This document shows positions 24,620 through 38,089 of a DNA stretch of 64,000 nucleotides, piece after piece. Source of the stretch: Lama glama (taxonomy: Eukaryota); NCBI GenBank assembly GCA_028534125.1, contig CM052818.1, positions 18,044,001-18,108,000 on the forward strand, read 5' to 3'. The notes under the pieces were generated by a model. The model made no database searches, was not told the DNA's origin, and was given only the letters and a program-made list of their open reading frames with translations. The position numbers and the translations under genes were made by a program. Positions within the stretch are counted from its first letter, which is position 1; every line of letters begins with the position of its first letter.

Positions 24620-27587
24620 CTTCATTGGGTAGGGTTTCCTGAAGCAAATGCTTAGAATGGAATTTAGAGTTCAGAGTATTTTTTAGGAACCGATCTCTGT
24701 GAATAGAAGTAGAAGCAGCAGAATGGGCAGAGGAAGAAGGTGAATTGTGATTCACATCCAAGGAAGCCTCAGTTTACCCCTGGAGGAGGTGTGCAGTTAA
24801 TGCAGCCTGTCAGAGCTGTCCTGCATCTGCCTGCATCAGCCAGGCCTTTCTAGTACTGCTTCTGTCACTCATTGAACAGGGGCTGGATAAGCCTTTGGGA
24901 GAAGTAGCATTTTGAGGCAAGCCTGGAAGGAGTTGACAGCTGGGGCAAGAAGTCCTTTCTTGAAAGGGGATCTGGGCAGCACACCCTGTGTCTCTTGCAG
25001 TCTACCCCTTAGTGCTGCTCAGACCCACTTCGCTTCTGTTCAGGAAGCAGCACCTCCAATATTCCAGTGGGAAGTACTCATTCTGGGTGCAACTTTGAAG
25101 AGGAAAGTTAGTGGGACAAACTACAGCCCCCATCACTGTGTAACGTTCTCAAGACCACAGGTGATACTCATTTTTCCTCCCTCTACTCTCCATTCTGACA
25201 CCGCCTCACTCTCAGCCATCACATATGCTGAGCGTCTGAGATCATTCCAATTCTCTATCAGGAAAGTAGCTCCTGGATGACATAGCGTGTGATTCTACCA
25301 ATGAATCCCACGTTTGTGGGCCATGTCTACATTTACTTTGTTGTAAGAGGAGTCCTGGGGTCTGACACAACATTATATGGGATTCCATGTGGGTAGATCA
25401 AACACTCCATAAGCTACCAGCAAAGAGGTACTGGCTTAGTCCTCAGTGAGAAAAGCAAAACGTGGGCCTATTAATGTTAGAACAAACATGTGGCCCTACA
25501 GGATAAAAGCGTCCTGACACAGCTGTCATTAAGTGGCTGGTTGGTCTTCTTGAGGAGTATTGCCACATCAGGGGCTCAGCGTTTACCTTTCTTTCTAGCA
25601 GGTGGACAAACAGAAGCAGTCACAGCCAAATCAGCCTTTGTAATTGTTAGACCCAGGCAGAACTTCCATTTCTCCAATCGTGACCACCCCATTCAGAGGC
25701 TTACTGTACCAGCCCTGGGGTGGCCAACGGCTGAGGCTGACTGACAACAGCGACCCAGTCATTCTGGCTACTTGCTTGCTCAGTGCCTGTTCCCTGGAGG
25801 ACACCCTCCCTCTCTTTGATCTTAACCCATCGCACAAAGACCCCACCTGCTGTCCTCGCCCATGTGTTCTTCCACCTATCTCCAGCTCAGATCTCATTCC
25901 CAAAGCCCAGTTTTCCTTCTTTCAAGCCCCTGGCTGGCTAGCCAGACTTTCCCCCACTGCCCACAAGCCCTTATACACTCTAACCTTAAGCTACTTCATG
26001 TCCGTACACTTTGAGAGCCTAGTATCCCACCTACCCCTCAGGGGATTTTCCCTTATCACATTCTCTCAAGGTCGCTCCTAAGTCAGGCTGCTGTGAGACT
26101 CCCATCCGTTTTGGCTTGCATTCATGTACCAAGCTGACACCACCTCAAACCGAACTTAGGGTTCTGGATGCTGATCTTAAGGAATCTCTCATGTGACCAC
26201 AGATGTGAGCTGAGGAAAGATCACCAGAGCAAACTGAGAGTGATACTGGAGACTGGGTTACCAGTTTGCTTGTGCCCCACTCATGACAAGAGTGCATCAT
26301 CCCAGATATATCCAATGCCACGTCCACCTTCTGTTGGGAAACTGGGGCTGCTTCACTATATGACTTGGTGGATCTGGCAGAACTCAGCTCACAGTAGGCA
26401 GTTCCAGATGAGTGGTCATTTAGTGTCTTGTAACTTGTCTTTTACTCATGTGAGATGATCCCCAAACACCCCTGAAATCTAGATAACTAAACATGTGACA
26501 GATGTGGCAGGCCCCTGAATCTTCACAGGGTTTATCTCCTATCTTCTGGAGCTCGTGAGTTCTACCAAGCCTCCCATGTGCTAGCCTCTTCTCGTTCATC
26601 TGCCTCAATTACCACAGTCGAGTGACATCCATCACTCATACATTTCCCAACCTATGTCCTGACCGTGCAGTAACAGACTGGTGTTGGTTGAGCATTCAAC
26701 CTTCTCTGGAGCTCTGCCACTGTGACCATCAAGTCCTAGAACCTTATTAACTCAACTGTCCCTTCTCTTTCACTTCAGAAGATGAGAGCATCTTTATAAG
26801 CTACCAAGGAGTCCCTCCCACTTTCAAAACTGGCTTTCAGTTTCCTGGTAACAAATCAAGCTTTTCGTTTCCCTCTTTGCAGTACCAGTGGTGCTTAGCA
26901 ATAGTTGCCCCCTCCCATCATCCATATAGACACTGTTTCCTCTGGATTTCTCAAACGCCTGATGAATCACATCAGCCACTGCATTCTTTTCCATCTGTAC
27001 AACATCCCAATTCACCGCCGGTGAGAATTTGAACAATTCTATTGCATTTGGTGCCAGGAGCCCGGGTGTGCTTTCTTTGCTACCAGTAACAAAGTATCCA
27101 TTGTCTGCTGGGCAGTAAGTTTTCTAGCTCCCCCATCCCCTCTTATTGCCTGCTTTCTGGGACCACTCCTGGTAACACCCCCTGGTAACATCCCCAAATG
27201 GGGTTCTAAGAAAATAGTTCTGAGATGGAGCTTGGTGTTGAAGCTCTTTACTGGGGTCAACAGTGGAAGGCAGAGAGAGAAAGCAGCCTTAAGCAGAAAA
27301 GGGAAACTGCTATTTAGGCCAAAAACACCTCATTCAACCCCACGGGGAGCCCTGCAGCATGTACCGCGGTCAAAGCTGTCTTCCATTTGGCCAGAATGCC
27401 TAGAGATTTATACTCCTGCCTCAACATGCAACTGAACGTGGTCCAGTCTCCCTCCGGACCACTGGGAAGGGTATACCACTGGGTAAGGCTCTCTGTGACT
27501 GAGGCAAACCTTAAAGGCACTGACAGTGGGAGTAAGAAGTCCTTCCTTGAAGAGGTACCTGGATAGCACATCTCAGATTCCACTACA
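24620..27587 (-). mobile_element. Internally deleted ancient ERVL provirus with two LTR16-like LTRs
   Basis: Direct LTRs at ~24620-24999 and ~27191-27587 share 'aagaagtcctt(t/c)cttgaa..gg...ctgg..agcaca'. Minus-strand PPT AAGGGGTAGAC at 25000-25010. ERVL-type PBS remnant (tgttaccaggagtggtc) at 27161-27177. About 2.2 kb of decayed internal sequence with no retroviral ORF. Confidence 0.85.
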
Positions 27588-27679
27588 AATTTTCTGCAGG
27601 CTGTTAGTAGTAGGAATGCTGGAAAACAGTGCTGCACTCTCAGACTGTAATTGCTCAGCTACAGAAATTTAAACAGAAT

Positions 27680-27775
27680 TCCTATTGCAGAACTTCTCAG
27701 AGCCTTTAGAAGGCTAATATGCATTGTGATTCCCTAGAGAGAAATAAAAAACCTTTCCAAGATGCTTCTATTCAG
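27680..27775. mobile_element. hAT-Charlie fragment
   Basis: 'gcagaacttctcagagcctttagaaggctaatatgcattgtgattccctagag' resembles Charlie4-type sequence. Confidence 0.5.
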
Positions 27776-28629
27776 TTTATGCCAGTTGGAAAAAAACATT
27801 GATCTATCGTGATAATAGTTTTTTTTTTTTTAAACAATGATAGAGTCCCAAGTAGATAGAGTCCCAAGTAAAGTCCTATTCCGAGGGAAAACATATTCGC
27901 AATTAAGTATATCAGGAATGTAGCGCTTTCCAACAACACAAAGAATGGTTTCAGAGTTACAGAGAGAGGCAAGCTCTTGGTGTCTTGTGATGGCTTTTGA
28001 GATGTGATTTTCTATTAATTAGCAACTTCAATTGAGTCTTTTAAAGGTGTCTACTTCTATAGGGCTCCCCAGTCAGGTTTACCCAGTGGACTGGTACTCT
28101 CTGAAGAAGTGACTTGAGATGTGAGCCCTGCTATGTTTTTAGGATGTCATCAGAAATATTTGAAAGGTGAAAGAGGAAATAACAAATGCCGTACCCTGAC
28201 TATCTCAAGTTTAGCATTTCTTGGATAAGTGAGGTTCCCCCTGTGATATTATATCCTAAGTGCTCAGATATCTTTTGGTTTTGCATTGGTCTCTGATTGT
28301 AGAAGAAAAAAAATCACTTGCTCTTCTTATGAAAAATATTTAGGACAAAAACAAAAAAAAATCCATTTTTGTTTTCTTTCACTATGATCGTCAAAAATAT
28401 TTGCAACAAAATTTGGAAACAATTGAGTGGGTCTGAATTCATGTCACTGTTTACAGAATCACCTGGACACAGCAGCGTATAGTTTAAATTCCTTTGGTTC
28501 TTCTTAAAAGGAGCTCCGGAGAGGGTTCACAGTGGATTTTCACCTATTATTTACACTAAACCAGTATACTTTAGTAAAAATAATGCTCTATACTGGAAAT
28601 AAGATGGGAATTGATACAACCTCACCTCC

Positions 28630-28820
28630 TGATGCCTCTGATTTGACCCTGTCCACATTACATAAAGAACTGCCTGAGCTTTAGTTTCCTTATAAGTAAA
28701 AGAAAGATTATTTATAAGAATTAGTTCTTTGTGAGAATTGGAGGCATTGTATGTATTAAACCTAGTTTTTAGCCCAGTAACTGGCAGGAGTCAGCAAATA
28801 GTGGAAGCTATTACTGCTGT
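28630..28820 (+). mobile_element. MIR SINE
   Basis: 'ctgagctttagtttccttataagtaaaag...ttgtgagaattggaggcattgtatgt'. Confidence 0.65.
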
Positions 28821-29850
28821 CAGTATAAACACTGAGTTTATATTCCTCTTCCTTTTTCCTGAAATTTCTCTATGATTTAAAAATCAGCCAATTTAAGTAG
28901 TTAGTGACCACCTAACTCTATTGGCTTCATTATGTATATTTAAATAATGTAAAGTGCTACAGTGACAAACACTATTTCCTTTGGCAAAAATCTCTCCGCT
29001 GCATTTTGCTGAAATGACAAATAGCTACTGCATGGATGACGTCAGTGGAGCTTTTAAATAAACTGCCCTTCTGTAATTACAAAGAGAACACTGCCCCTAA
29101 TAATATAAGTAATTATTTGTAATGGAAGCAGTGTAATAGGAGCTCATATGGTGCCTTCCGTAAGTGCTAATTAAATTATATGGTGAATACATGTGCAATT
29201 GATTTAAATGCCTTAAGTCCTTTTCAGCATTGTTATGAATAAGTGCACATATGCTTGCAGATCCTAATGTGGTTCTTCATTCCATTATCCTGAGTGGTTT
29301 GCTTTCTATGTCTGTGCTGAAAGATATACAAGGGAAAATGTGTGTCTGTCAAATGCCCATTGCAATGAGAAAGCAATTATTCCAGGAAGCGCCCTAACAA
29401 GGGTTACTAGCTTCTGAGAACATGAATTTTATAGTCTCATCTGTCCCTGTTTCTTCTGAACATGGCATAGCTACTTCTACACAGGAGAGGAGGAGGCAAG
29501 GAGAAACTGGGTTTAGAAATCTCAGAAGATTGATGTGTCCAGAGACATGCATATAAATGATTTCCAAACACAGATCCCCCTGATCTCAACAACATTTTGA
29601 CTTTATCAGGACATGAGAAGGATGCTTAAGTATGTTTTCCTTAAAGCTACTTAAAAAAACCCAAACCTGTGATTGTGTCCTCCCAACTTTGGAAAGAAGG
29701 GTGTTTAAATAGTCTTTCCCTTATGAAATGAGAATAAGAATAGATGGGAGCTTTCTGTTTTGTTTTGTCTTAGTGTCCTTCCTTGGGCAAATAAAGCACT
29801 TGTCGACTTTTTATCAGGTACCCAGGCTGACTGAAATGATAAAGGTCTCA

Positions 29851-29915
29851 AAAGAGAGAGGGAGAGAGGGGTGGGGAGGGAGAGAGGGAGGGAGAGAGAG
29901 AGAGAGAGAGAGAGA
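29851..29915. repeat. Polypurine (GA)n/(GGGA)n tract
   Basis: Directly visible. Confidence 0.95.
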
Positions 29916-30269
29916 CAACCACTGATCTATCTAACACATGGTCTTGGCTCTGACTCCTTCCTTCCCCCCCCGGAATTCATTCTTCAAAATCCCTTGGGAG
30001 TAAAACCTAAAACAAATCAATATTTGATTCACCATGACTGTTATTAAATCATTTTAAAAAATATTTAAATGTATTTAATTTACCATCTGGATGCTACGGA
30101 GGCTACACTGAAGTAAGATATAAACGCGAGTTAGGTGAACGTGCTTCCCCAGCCCATCCACTAAGAATCAGTAGTCATGTTATTTTAAGGTCTGTGGACT
30201 TGAGGTCTTTACAAGGAAAACGAAACTCCGCCTTGCCAGATCACTTCCTGAGAAATTACTTGTAGTGCT

Positions 30270-30500
30270 AATGAAGATAATTAATATTTATGTGGGACTC
30301 TAAAGTTTATAAAATATTTCTATCTCATTTAATATAGAAAACAACCCTTTGAAGTAGATCTGACTACCCCACTTTCCAAAGGAAGCAATTAAAATCTCAA
30401 AACAGGGAAATTAAAAAAGAAAACCCAAACCATCTAGCTACTAAGTGGCTTAAATTTAGACTTTCCTACCCAAATTCAAGCACTATTCTCTACAGCATAG
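30270..30500 (-). mobile_element. MIR SINE
   Basis: 'tatctcatttaat...acaaccctttgaagtagat...ccccactttccaaaggaagcaatt'. Confidence 0.65.
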
Positions 30501-30821
30501 CTATGTCAAGCCTCCGGTGGAACAATGAGTCTTATGCCCAGGACATGGGTTAAAAGAGGATAGTTCGCTTCCATTTTCCCCCTCAAAGGTGATGCACTTT
30601 AGAAACTGGAAAGACCCACCTCTCTAGTTCCAGCTTGTGTTGTACTTCATATCTGTCATTGCTCGTGTTTCCCTGCCCCATCCTAGCAGCCTCTGTGCCC
30701 TGGGTTCACCCAGGTTTCCTGGCGAAAACTGCTGCTGTCTCAGATTTCTTCCTTGTTCCTGGGTTTGAGCTGCCCCATGAGGGTACAGACCTGGGGTCCT
30801 GCCACCTCTACTGTGTCATTA

Positions 30822-30838
30822 TCACTAGAGGGCAGCAG
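30822..30838 (+). promoter_or_regulatory. CTCF-like motif
   Basis: TCACTAGAGGGCAGCAG closely matches the CTCF core CCACYAGRGGGCRSYA. Confidence 0.5.
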
Positions 30839-31869
30839 AGCAGATTCCCCACTGAGCACTTACATGACGACTGGGATGATAAGGATCTTACTGGAATGCA
30901 GCCCTCAAGCCTTTGGAGTTATAAGGGAAGCAAGTCTGAATAACTCCAAGCAGTGTCACAATCCTAGCTGTTCTGTCACGTTATTCCCTTGGCTCAAGTG
31001 AGCTTAGTTCCCTCAAGGCTAAGGGAGGCAAGGTGGGGGACGTTGCATCCACCCAGACGACAAGATCCATGGCCCCCAGTTCCCTCTTCTGCTTCCCATA
31101 CACGTGACTACATGCACAAATCAATTTGAAGAACCACCCTGAGCATTCCAAAGCTTCCTGAGATAAACATGCAAAATAATAAAATACTGACCTTGGTTTT
31201 TAATCTTAAAAGAAGATTAACACCAGGCCAACTCTAATGTGCAGGACTTCAAAAGACTCTGGGAAGCTGGTGATTTAGAGGTGTCATTTTCAATGTCTTT
31301 TTTTTTTTTTTTTTAAGGGCCAGGGCTCGGATATTTCTGCAAGCAGGTTTTTGAATTTCTGCACAGTCCTAAGCAGCTCAAAATTGAATTAGAGCAGATT
31401 TTCACAAACCATCATAAAGAATATGCAGTTGCCAGTTTTAAAAGCTTCCTGGAAGATTTAAGAGGGCAGGAGTATTTTAGTCACAATCCATTAACCCTAT
31501 TTATCATCCATCAGAAATGTCTATGTGTGAACCCATTTTCAATCTCCGCTAATGTGCCCAGAACCGATACAGTGGATCACACTTAATTTCCACACTGCAT
31601 TATGTAGTTGTGTTTTGTATTTGTGCATCCAAAGGTGGCAGATCTCACAAATTCAGGATCTCATTCCTGCAGAGCCAGGCAGCATGATGGAGGCTGAACT
31701 GCCCATGCTTCAACGGAGCAGGGATCAGAGCTTCGTGAGTCAGATCCTCTCAGTTCCCTGCTCAGTACACTGTACAGCTTCCCAATCCCAGACAATGTGA
31801 CTCTGATCTTTGGGCTCTTTCCCTGTTGATTTTTCCACAATGTTGACCGAACATCTATTTATATGTGAT

Positions 31870-32130
31870 TGGGTAGCAATTAGTACAGCAAGTAACATGC
31901 ACTGAAAATTTACTATGTTTTGGTCGCTGTGCTAAATAGCTTACGGGCATTGTTTCATCAACTACTTGCAACTGCTCTTCGACTTCAGCAAGGCAGGTAT
32001 TACCGTCATCCCAAGCTCACATGTGAAGGAACAAAGACCCAGAGTTTAAGTCACTTGCCCAAGGACATACGGCTATGAAATGTGATTCAAACCCAGTCCT
32101 GTCTGACTGTGAGGTCCAGGTCCTATTCTA
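31870..32130 (-). mobile_element. MIR SINE
   Basis: 'aaggcaggtattaccgtcatccc...cagagtttaagtcacttgcccaaggacatacggcta...gattcaaacccagtcctgtctgact'. Confidence 0.85.
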
Positions 32131-33834
32131 TAAAACATGAGAAGCACTGGAGCATAGACTTGAGGAATAAACACACATAAACACTTATTATGTAGATTAG
32201 CAACATGTCAGTCATTTCATGCCAAAGTATATGAAAGCAGCAAAGTCAGGTCAAGTTCTAAGGCAAATCCAGGGGGAAAATACTAAAAAGAGGTGAGCCC
32301 TGTATCTGGGTTGCAAGTGAAGAACATCATTTGGGGGCCAGGAGGTCTGCAGGGGAAAGGAGAAGAATGTGCAGGAAAGACCATAAGGGAAGCAGGAATG
32401 AGGCAAAGAGATAGCAAAAAGAGGGTCCAGGATTCAGGCGAGGCACAGAGCAACAATGGGTCAGATCCTCCATCAGGGAGGATGGAGGAGGGACATCTGC
32501 AAGTCATGCATCCATCCTTTGCTGACTTGATAACAGGCCAGTTATCAAGGGTGAGATGGACCAGGTGGAAGCATCTTGCAGGAATGGAGATCAAAGGGTG
32601 CAGAAAACTGCAGGGAATAGAGAAGTCCTACCATGGACAGGGTTCCACTCCAGGTGGGAGATTTAGACAGGGTTTCCCTGCACAACTGCGTGGGGTATGG
32701 GGCTGGAGAATGCTCTTGTGCTGGACTCAAGCTGTGTGGTCCCAACCACCCGCTTAAATGCATGATCCTTTCCTTACTCCCACTCCAACTGGCTTCAGGC
32801 AAAATCAATCACACCCTCCTCTGTGATCTCAAAGCACTGGGCAGATACCTCTGTGTGTGGCACTTCTGATGGTAGAGTAGAGTGGGGCTTACCCCCTAGC
32901 TGTGAGGGTTCTGAGGGCACATCCACTGAATTAAAATTATTTTTTTAAATATTACAATTCTGCCTCTAACAGACACACTCAACAGTCTTCCCCTGAGTGT
33001 CATTTTTCAAACTTTTCCTGGTTACTTTTTCTTGGCCTTTGTTCCTGGTATTTCTCTTGTTAAGACTCATTGAGGGAAATGAGTGGGTAGGTGACCAGGA
33101 GAAGGAATGAGAGAGAAGGGTGGTGACACTGAGGAAGGGAAGGTATAAATATTGTAGATTGGGAACCCGAGAGCCTACACCAACTGGAGGTGGCTTAGCA
33201 TCTGCATGTGTGTATGGACTGCCTCCCCTTGTGCTGTGCTAATAAGCACCAGCTCAATTCACTTTACCTGCTCAGAGCCCTCTGGCAGCAAGACTGCCCC
33301 TTTTCCTCTCTGAGGGAAAGGGCCCATCCTTATTTGGAACAACATTCTGTGCCCCTGGGCACTCACCCCTGATCCACAGGAGGACTATGCTTGAGGTGGT
33401 CGAGCATCCCAGGAAGCAATAGGAGCAGAAGCCCCTCCTGCTGGTAGTTCAGGTGAGAGCTTGCTTTTGCAGCCCTGTTAGGCTGGTGGGTTGGGACGCT
33501 TACCCAGCATTCCTGTATGTTCTTTAGTTTCTGTTTTTTTCCATGTGTCTCTGTGCTTCGCCATGCCTCCTGAGCCTGCCTTCTCATTCTGATTTCAATC
33601 ATAGGGGAGAAGGGGTCATGCAGCTCATTAGCTGGTCTCACAGATGCTCAAGTAGATTATTAGTTCCATGTCTTGAAATACCTAGCTCACTGAGGTCAGC
33701 TCAGAATAGAAGCTTTACATGCAGAGAAAGAGGTATGTCCTAAACAATGACATTCCCAGAGATATTCTCTATGTAAAGAGTATATGTGCTAATTTTCTAG
33801 GTCCAGACATGGTTTAAAAAAAAAGAGGGTAGTA

Positions 33835-34125
33835 AGGGCCAAATTAGGAGTTCAAGATTTGTAGATACTAAATACTATATATAAAATTGATAAGAAACAA
33901 ATTTCTTCTGTATAGCACAGGGAACTATATTCAATATCTTGTAGTAACTTATAATGAAAAAGAATATGAAAACAAATGCATGCATGTATAAGTATGCCTG
34001 AAACATTATGCTGTACACCAGAAATTGACACATTGTAACTGACTATATCTCAATTTTTAAAAATGTAAAAATAAAAACAAACAAACAACAACAACAACAA
34101 CAACCCCAAACAAAAACAAAGACAA
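33835..34125 (+). mobile_element. 5'-truncated lineage-specific L1 3' UTR with (CAA)n-derived tail
   Basis: 'ctgtatagcacagggaactatattcaatatcttgtag...gaaattgacacattgtaactgactata', followed by an A-rich tail with caa repeats. Confidence 0.9.
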
Positions 34126-34284
34126 ACTCTCCCACTCCTCTGGGTGACAAGTGGGAGGAGAGGACACAAATGAGAAGAGGCATGTTTTGTGCAGGGTTCT
34201 AACTCACACTCAGTATTTGTTCCAATTCCTCAGTGTGGACTTCTCTCATTCCTCACCTACTCCACACTGAGAAATGCAGTTTTG

Positions 34285-34460
34285 TAGCTGAGAGTTTCAG
34301 TTCTGGAGTCACACAGACTTGAGCTGGAATGCCAGCTCCTCCAGGTATTTGCTACTTCAATTTTTGAAGGCTCAAAAGTTTTCCTATGTAGGATGTAAGT
34401 TCATTCCTCAAGTTACTGCCTGACACACATAGAGTATATAGCAAATATTATAAATTATGG
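34285..34460 (+). mobile_element. MIR fragment
   Basis: 'ttctggagtcacacagacttgagctggaatgccagctcc...tgcctgacacacatag'. Confidence 0.6.
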
Positions 34461-36810
34461 GTTTAAGGGTTCAAAAGCAAACTCAATCCTAACCCCCACT
34501 GAGTATTTTCTTTACAGAACCACCATGTCTTAATGTCTTTACCAGACCATTCAGGGCTGGAATATGACCCTTAGGTCCTCAGGATCTCCTCACCCTGGCT
34601 GAGTGTGGAGCACTTTTTTCTGCCACCACTTTGTGGCTCCTGATATCTTTTTTCTACTCTCTACTCCATGGCAGCCATTCTCTACTAGGACTCATGGGGT
34701 CCTACCTAGATGTGTAGCCCAGGCTTTAGCTAAGGTCCCGCAGCAAACCTCACACAGATTTCTGCTCCTACCGCCCATATACAGCATTCTATCTTTTCCT
34801 GTAGCCAGCCCTACAGGTCCTATCTGTTTCAGAAGCCCCCAGATCCAATCTCTGCCTTCTCACCTCAGCAATACCACCATGCCCTTTGCATAGGCTCCAC
34901 CTCTGTGTCAGAATCTGGAAACTGTGGGAGATCCAAGGTGAACACGAGGCACACCGTCTGGGATTACAGTCCTGCCTATTATCAAAGCCAAGAATCCATG
35001 GCTTCATATATTTTGTCCAGTGTTATAGTTTATAGCAGGAGGTCAACTTCCAACCAGTAGCATTGTAGTTGGAAACTCCACATATTTTTTTTATTTTGAT
35101 GGGCATCATGCATTTTAATTTTTTTTGAATTTCTATATTTACAGGGCACAACCCTGTAGCAGTGTTGGAAACAGTAAGTACAATTGTGAAGTCACACATT
35201 TTATATATCACAATTAAATATACCACTACTACTAATAAAGATAAAGAAAAAGAAGATTGAATTGTCTTTATTCTCCCAATAGAACTAGTATTGTTGACTT
35301 ATCGTCAAATGAAGAGGCAAAGAGTATGCAGGCAAAATATGTAGGGGGGGAAAAGACTTTATGTAGGCATTTGAGGTAGTTAATTAATATAAATATTGTT
35401 ATTTGTCTGAAATTTGTGAGTTCTGTGCTGTCACCATTAAAAAGCTGTATTCTCTTCCTTAACAAGGGTTCACAAGATTGTAGAGACTTCATGACCAAAA
35501 AAACAAACAAAAAACCCCCCCAAAAGCCCCAAAAAACCAAAAACCTAGATTTTAGAATTCTGAAATATCCTGTAACAAGATTTAAGTGAATCAATAAAGA
35601 TTAAGAAAACGATAGAATTTCAAACAGTTTAACTTGCTCAAAGTGGCACGCAATGATTTTGGTGGGAAGAGACAGAGAGGCAGGGGTAGGTAATAAGAAA
35701 AAAGCAAACCAATCTATTCTATCATTTGTACCTCCTTCAGCTTGGAAAAGGTAAGGGCAAGAAAAAAAAATTTCTCTGAAAACTCAACTTTAATCACTGG
35801 ATGTATCATGTGATAACAATGTGGGGGAAATCTATCAAAAGACTACACAGAAAAGCAAATGCAAGTTCAAATTCCAAGAGAAATAGAATACACACGTGTG
35901 CACACGTATATTTTCCACCTTCCATTTTTAACAACATAAATAGATAAGTACATTTGTAGAACGAGAACAGGCAGACAGATTCCCAATAGCAAAGATGATT
36001 CCCTCCCATCTTCCTTAAATCCCACAAATGGCTTGTTTGGAGAAGGGGGTGAGGGAACAACAATGCTTCCATTATCTGTTAGACTCAATTAAGACAACAG
36101 CTGTGCTCCAAAATAAACAAGAGACAAGGCTATTTTGCATTAGAATGCATTAGGGGACCGGCACTAGGGAAGCACAGATGGCTTTAATCAGGGGCATTGG
36201 AAAATTACCATTCTCTTCACTTCTCCAATATCTGTGTGACTTTCAGGTCTCAAGAACCATATCCCTGCTCCCTACCACAGCCAATTAGGTACAGACATTT
36301 TTCTCACTGGCTGTGATGATTGTGTCTTTTTAGAGCTAATCTTGTAAGGATGGGTGCCCATTTCTTTTTGGCAATTTACAGCATTCATGCTCGTTAAGTA
36401 TTGGAGAAAGGGGGAAAAAATTTGGAGCCAGGTTCTAAAAAGATAGTTGGCAGCAGAGGTGCCTATGAAGAAAGCACTTCTGGGCATTTAAAATGGAAAT
36501 AAAATGACACTACATGATATGCTAAGGCCCAAAGCTAACTGGCAAATTGAAAGTCCGAAATCCCGGTTTCCAATCCTGGTTCAGCTAAGAACTCATTTTA
36601 TAAACTCTGTCCTCTGTTTCCATATTATTAAAATGTCTCTAGCTAAAATTGCCCACTCCTCAGTATCTCTCATTCCTTCTTCAGCTTTCTGATGGGAGAA
36701 TAAAATTCTCTAAGTTCTCCAAAATAGAGCTGAGTACATTCCAAGAAATAGAAATGAATACAGAAAGATAAGTAAAAATAACAAAATGTCTGCTGTCTGG
36801 GTGCTAACAC

Positions 36811-37239
36811 TGTCAACCAACAAAATGTAGAAGGCAGCAAATAAGAAAAGAGTGTATTTGGGGTCTTCGAATTACAATTTTGGAGACACAGATTTGGTTA
36901 AAGCTGAAAGAGTGTTTCAGGGAAGAGAAAGAGTCAGGGACTTAAAAAGGCAAAAGCCACAAGTTTGTTCTGGCAGGAATTATGATTGACTCTGACTCAG
37001 GAAAGGAAGCATTGGTCCTTAAGGAATAAGCTGTCACGAATTATTTAGGGTAAGGATCCGATAAGTATCTTGAGTTTCTGGAACATTGTGCTGGATGCCT
37101 GCATTGACAGTAAGTGGTCAAAAGGTCAGGTTCCATCCAGGCTAAGACGTGCTTGAGTCACACTTTCTCCATGGCTTCCCAGCTCCATTTCCGAGAGCTC
37201 TCTTAGCAATACCGATTCCATTTTTATTTTTCTTTCCCA
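36811..37239 (-). mobile_element. ERV1-class solo LTR with perfect 4-bp TSD
   Basis: TG...CA termini ('tgtcaacc' to 'tttccca'). ACAC on both sides (36807-36810 and 37240-37243). Contains 'ccatttt' boxes typical of antisense ERV1 LTRs. Confidence 0.82.
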
Positions 37240-38089
37240 ACACTTAACTTTAAATCTTCCTGCCTGGTTGAGTTGGTAAGAACTCTCAAGGCTCTGGTTA
37301 TTGCGGGTGGCTGTTGGGAGCTACTGGACACTTAATTTTATCCATGTAGAAGACCCACTGCACTCAGGGTGAAGCACGACCTCACCAGCGATACATTTTT
37401 ACAGCACAGCCTAAGTGCACATTGCAACTGTGTGCACTGAAAATCCCCATTCAAATAAAAGATGCGTTTTCTTTGTCAGAGTAGCTCTTTGGTAAAGCTC
37501 CCTCACCATACTGTGAGATATTTAACACATTAATAATGTTCAGGGGAAATGTACTTCTGGTTATTTTTGATATTAAAGAAAATAATGAAATCACTAATAT
37601 CCCAGTCAGAAACTACTTGCTTCCTAATTATAGTCAAACAAGAAATAGGATTTATTATTTAGAAGCCCCAATTTGAATTGACCAGAAGCGGGTTTAGGTA
37701 AGTTTTGAGACACTTCTCTCTTTTTTTAAATTTACTATGTCTTTTTTTTTATTATTATTTAATTTTTAAATATTTAGTGAAGAAATTTTATAAGAAAATC
37801 AGTTAATTTGGGGGGGGGATAATACTTAACCTTCCACTGTTGACATTAAATCTGCTACTCCATAGCCAATAAAAATCCCCCCAAACCCCAATCTCACCCC
37901 AAGCACGTGCCAGGATGCCTGGCTTTAACTGAGCATGCTCTATTCTTGAGGACCTACTTTGAATACAATCCTCTTAAATTGTGACCTTAGGGACCACAAG
38001 GGGAGTTGATGTCCTCCCTACTCTCTACCACTACTTCCCACCCTCTAACAAAATCTGCTGCTGCTTTGACGTTTAGGATTTATAGCAAT

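Noticed and set aside
24912..26458. ORF cluster as a possible domesticated retroviral gene
   Set aside because: Mostly antisense to the provirus and without gag/pol motifs; the sense frames are disrupted.
32293..32757. 154-aa ORF
   Set aside because: Non-ATG start, purine-rich low-information sequence possibly derived from an old LTR, and no recognisable homology.
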